Source of the DNA: Bugula neritina
Taxonomy: Eukaryota; Animalia; Bryozoa
Reading direction: 5' to 3'
DNA length: 64,000 bases
Assembly (NCBI GenBank): GCA_964035545.1
Contig: CAXIUT010000064.1
Span: 6,611-70,610, forward strand
Position numbers and translations under genes: made by a program. The notes beneath the pieces were generated by a model. The model did not search any database. It saw only the letters and a program-made list of their open reading frames with translations, and had not been told where the DNA came from. This document shows, piece after piece, positions 62,601-64,000 of this stretch. Numbering within the stretch: position 1 is the first letter of the stretch; every line of letters begins with the position of its first letter.

Positions 62601-64000
62601 AATTTCTTATATAAAACCTACTTAAATAACTTATCTATCAAATTTTAAATATTTTTTATAATAAATTAAAGCTGTAAATTTCTTACATAAAACCTACTTA
62701 ATTACCTTATCTATCAAATTTTAAATACCTTTTTATAATAAATTAAAGTTATAAATTTCTTATATAAAACCTACTTAATTACCTTATCTATCAAATTTTA
62801 AATATTTTTTATAATAAATTAAAGCTGTAAATTTCTTACATAAAACCTACTTAAATAACTTATCTATCAAATTTTAAATACCTTTTTATAATAAATTAAA
62901 GTTATAAATTTCTTATATAAAACCTACTTAATTACCTTATCTATCAAATTTTAAATATTTTTTATAATAAATTAAAGCTGTAAATTTCTTACATAAAACC
63001 TACTTAATTACCTTATCTATCAAATTTTAAATACCTTTTTATAATAAATTAAAGTTATAAATTTCTTATATAAAACCTACTTAATTACCTTATCTATCAA
63101 ATTTTAAATATTTTTTATAATAAATTAAAGTTATAAATTTCTTACATAAAACCTACTTAAATAACTTATCTATCAAATTTTAAATACCTTTTTATAATAA
63201 ATTAAAGTTATAAATTTCTTATACAAATCTTATATAAATAAATTATTCAAGTAGGTTTTATGTAAGAAATTTACAGCTTTAATTTATTATAAAAAATATT
63301 TAAAATTTGATAGATAAGGTAATTAAGTAGGTTTTATATAAGAAATTTATAACTTTAATTTATTATAAAAAGGTATTTAAAATTTGATAGATAAGGTAAT
63401 TAAGTAGGTTTTATGTAAGAAATTTACAGCTTTAATTTATTATAAAAAATATTTAAAATTTGATAGATAAGTTATTTAAGTAGGTTTTATATAAGAAATT
63501 TATAACTTTAATTTATTATAAAAATATTTAAAATTTGATAGATAAGGTAATTAAGTAGGTTTTATATAAGAAATTTACTTAAATAACTTATCTATCAAAT
63601 TTTAAATATTTTTATAATAAATTAAAGTTATAAATTTCTTACATAAAACCTACTTAATTACCTTATCTATCAAATTTTAAATACCTTTTTATAATAAATT
63701 AAAGTTATAAATTTCTTACATAAAACTTACTTAAATAACTTATCTATCAAATTTTAAATACCTTTTTATAATAAATTAAAGTTATAAATTTCTTATATAA
63801 AACCTACTTAATTACCTTATCTATCAAATTTTAAATATTTTTTATAATAAATTAAAGTTGTAAATTTCTTACATAAAACCTACTTGAATAATTTATTTAT
63901 ATAAGATTTGTATAAGAAATTTATAACTTTAATTTATTATAAAAAATATTTAAAATTTGATAGATAAGGTAATTAAGTAGGTTTTATATAAGAAATTTAT
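53640..64000. repeat. Telomere-like array of 75-77-bp units in alternating inverted blocks
   Basis: Unit ttatctatcaaattttaaata(cc)tttttataataaattaaag(t/c)t(a/g)taaatttctta(c/t)ataaaacctactt(aattacc/aaataac/gaataac); degenerate at the left edge and runs off the window end. Confidence 0.95.

Noticed and set aside
53640-64000. CRISPR array or coding repeat
   Set aside because: No unique spacers, no cas genes and no long ORFs; units are contiguous.

Overview
Very AT-rich ciliate mitochondrial DNA. The gene set is oligohymenophorean (Tetrahymena/Paramecium-like); I cannot fix the exact taxon. It uses genetic code 4 (TGA=Trp, with a tRNA-Trp(UCA) gene), so the supplied ORF track breaks real genes into pieces; I rejoined them by hand. 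Every recognisable gene is on the minus strand. Layout: (1) ~1-14.8 kb is an accessory arm with rpl6, trnY and ymf57, a family of unrecognised coiled-coil/membrane ORFs sharing a GYP motif (7 intact copies, 4 of them in a ~1.25-kb tandem array, five preceded by a small partner ORF), duplicated SSU rRNA 5' pieces and an altered trnW paralogue. (2) ~14.9-49.5 kb is the compact core: nad1a/b, nad2a/b, nad3, nad4, nad4L, nad5, nad6, nad7, nad9, nad10, cob, cox1, cox2, ymf68, atp9, ymf66, yejR, ribosomal proteins, four tRNAs, rnl and rns, plus a small MAVPKR ORF resembling rpl32. (3) ~49.6-53.6 kb is a repeat/AT-rich putative control region. (4) ~53.6-64 kb is a telomere-like array of 75-77-bp units that reverses orientation about 24 times through only two junction types, each present as flip and flop isomers, forming nested multi-kb palindromes. 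This pattern fits iterative hairpin-primed (rolling-hairpin) synthesis. No database searches were run; ymf and ribosomal-protein calls rest on remembered motifs and synteny.
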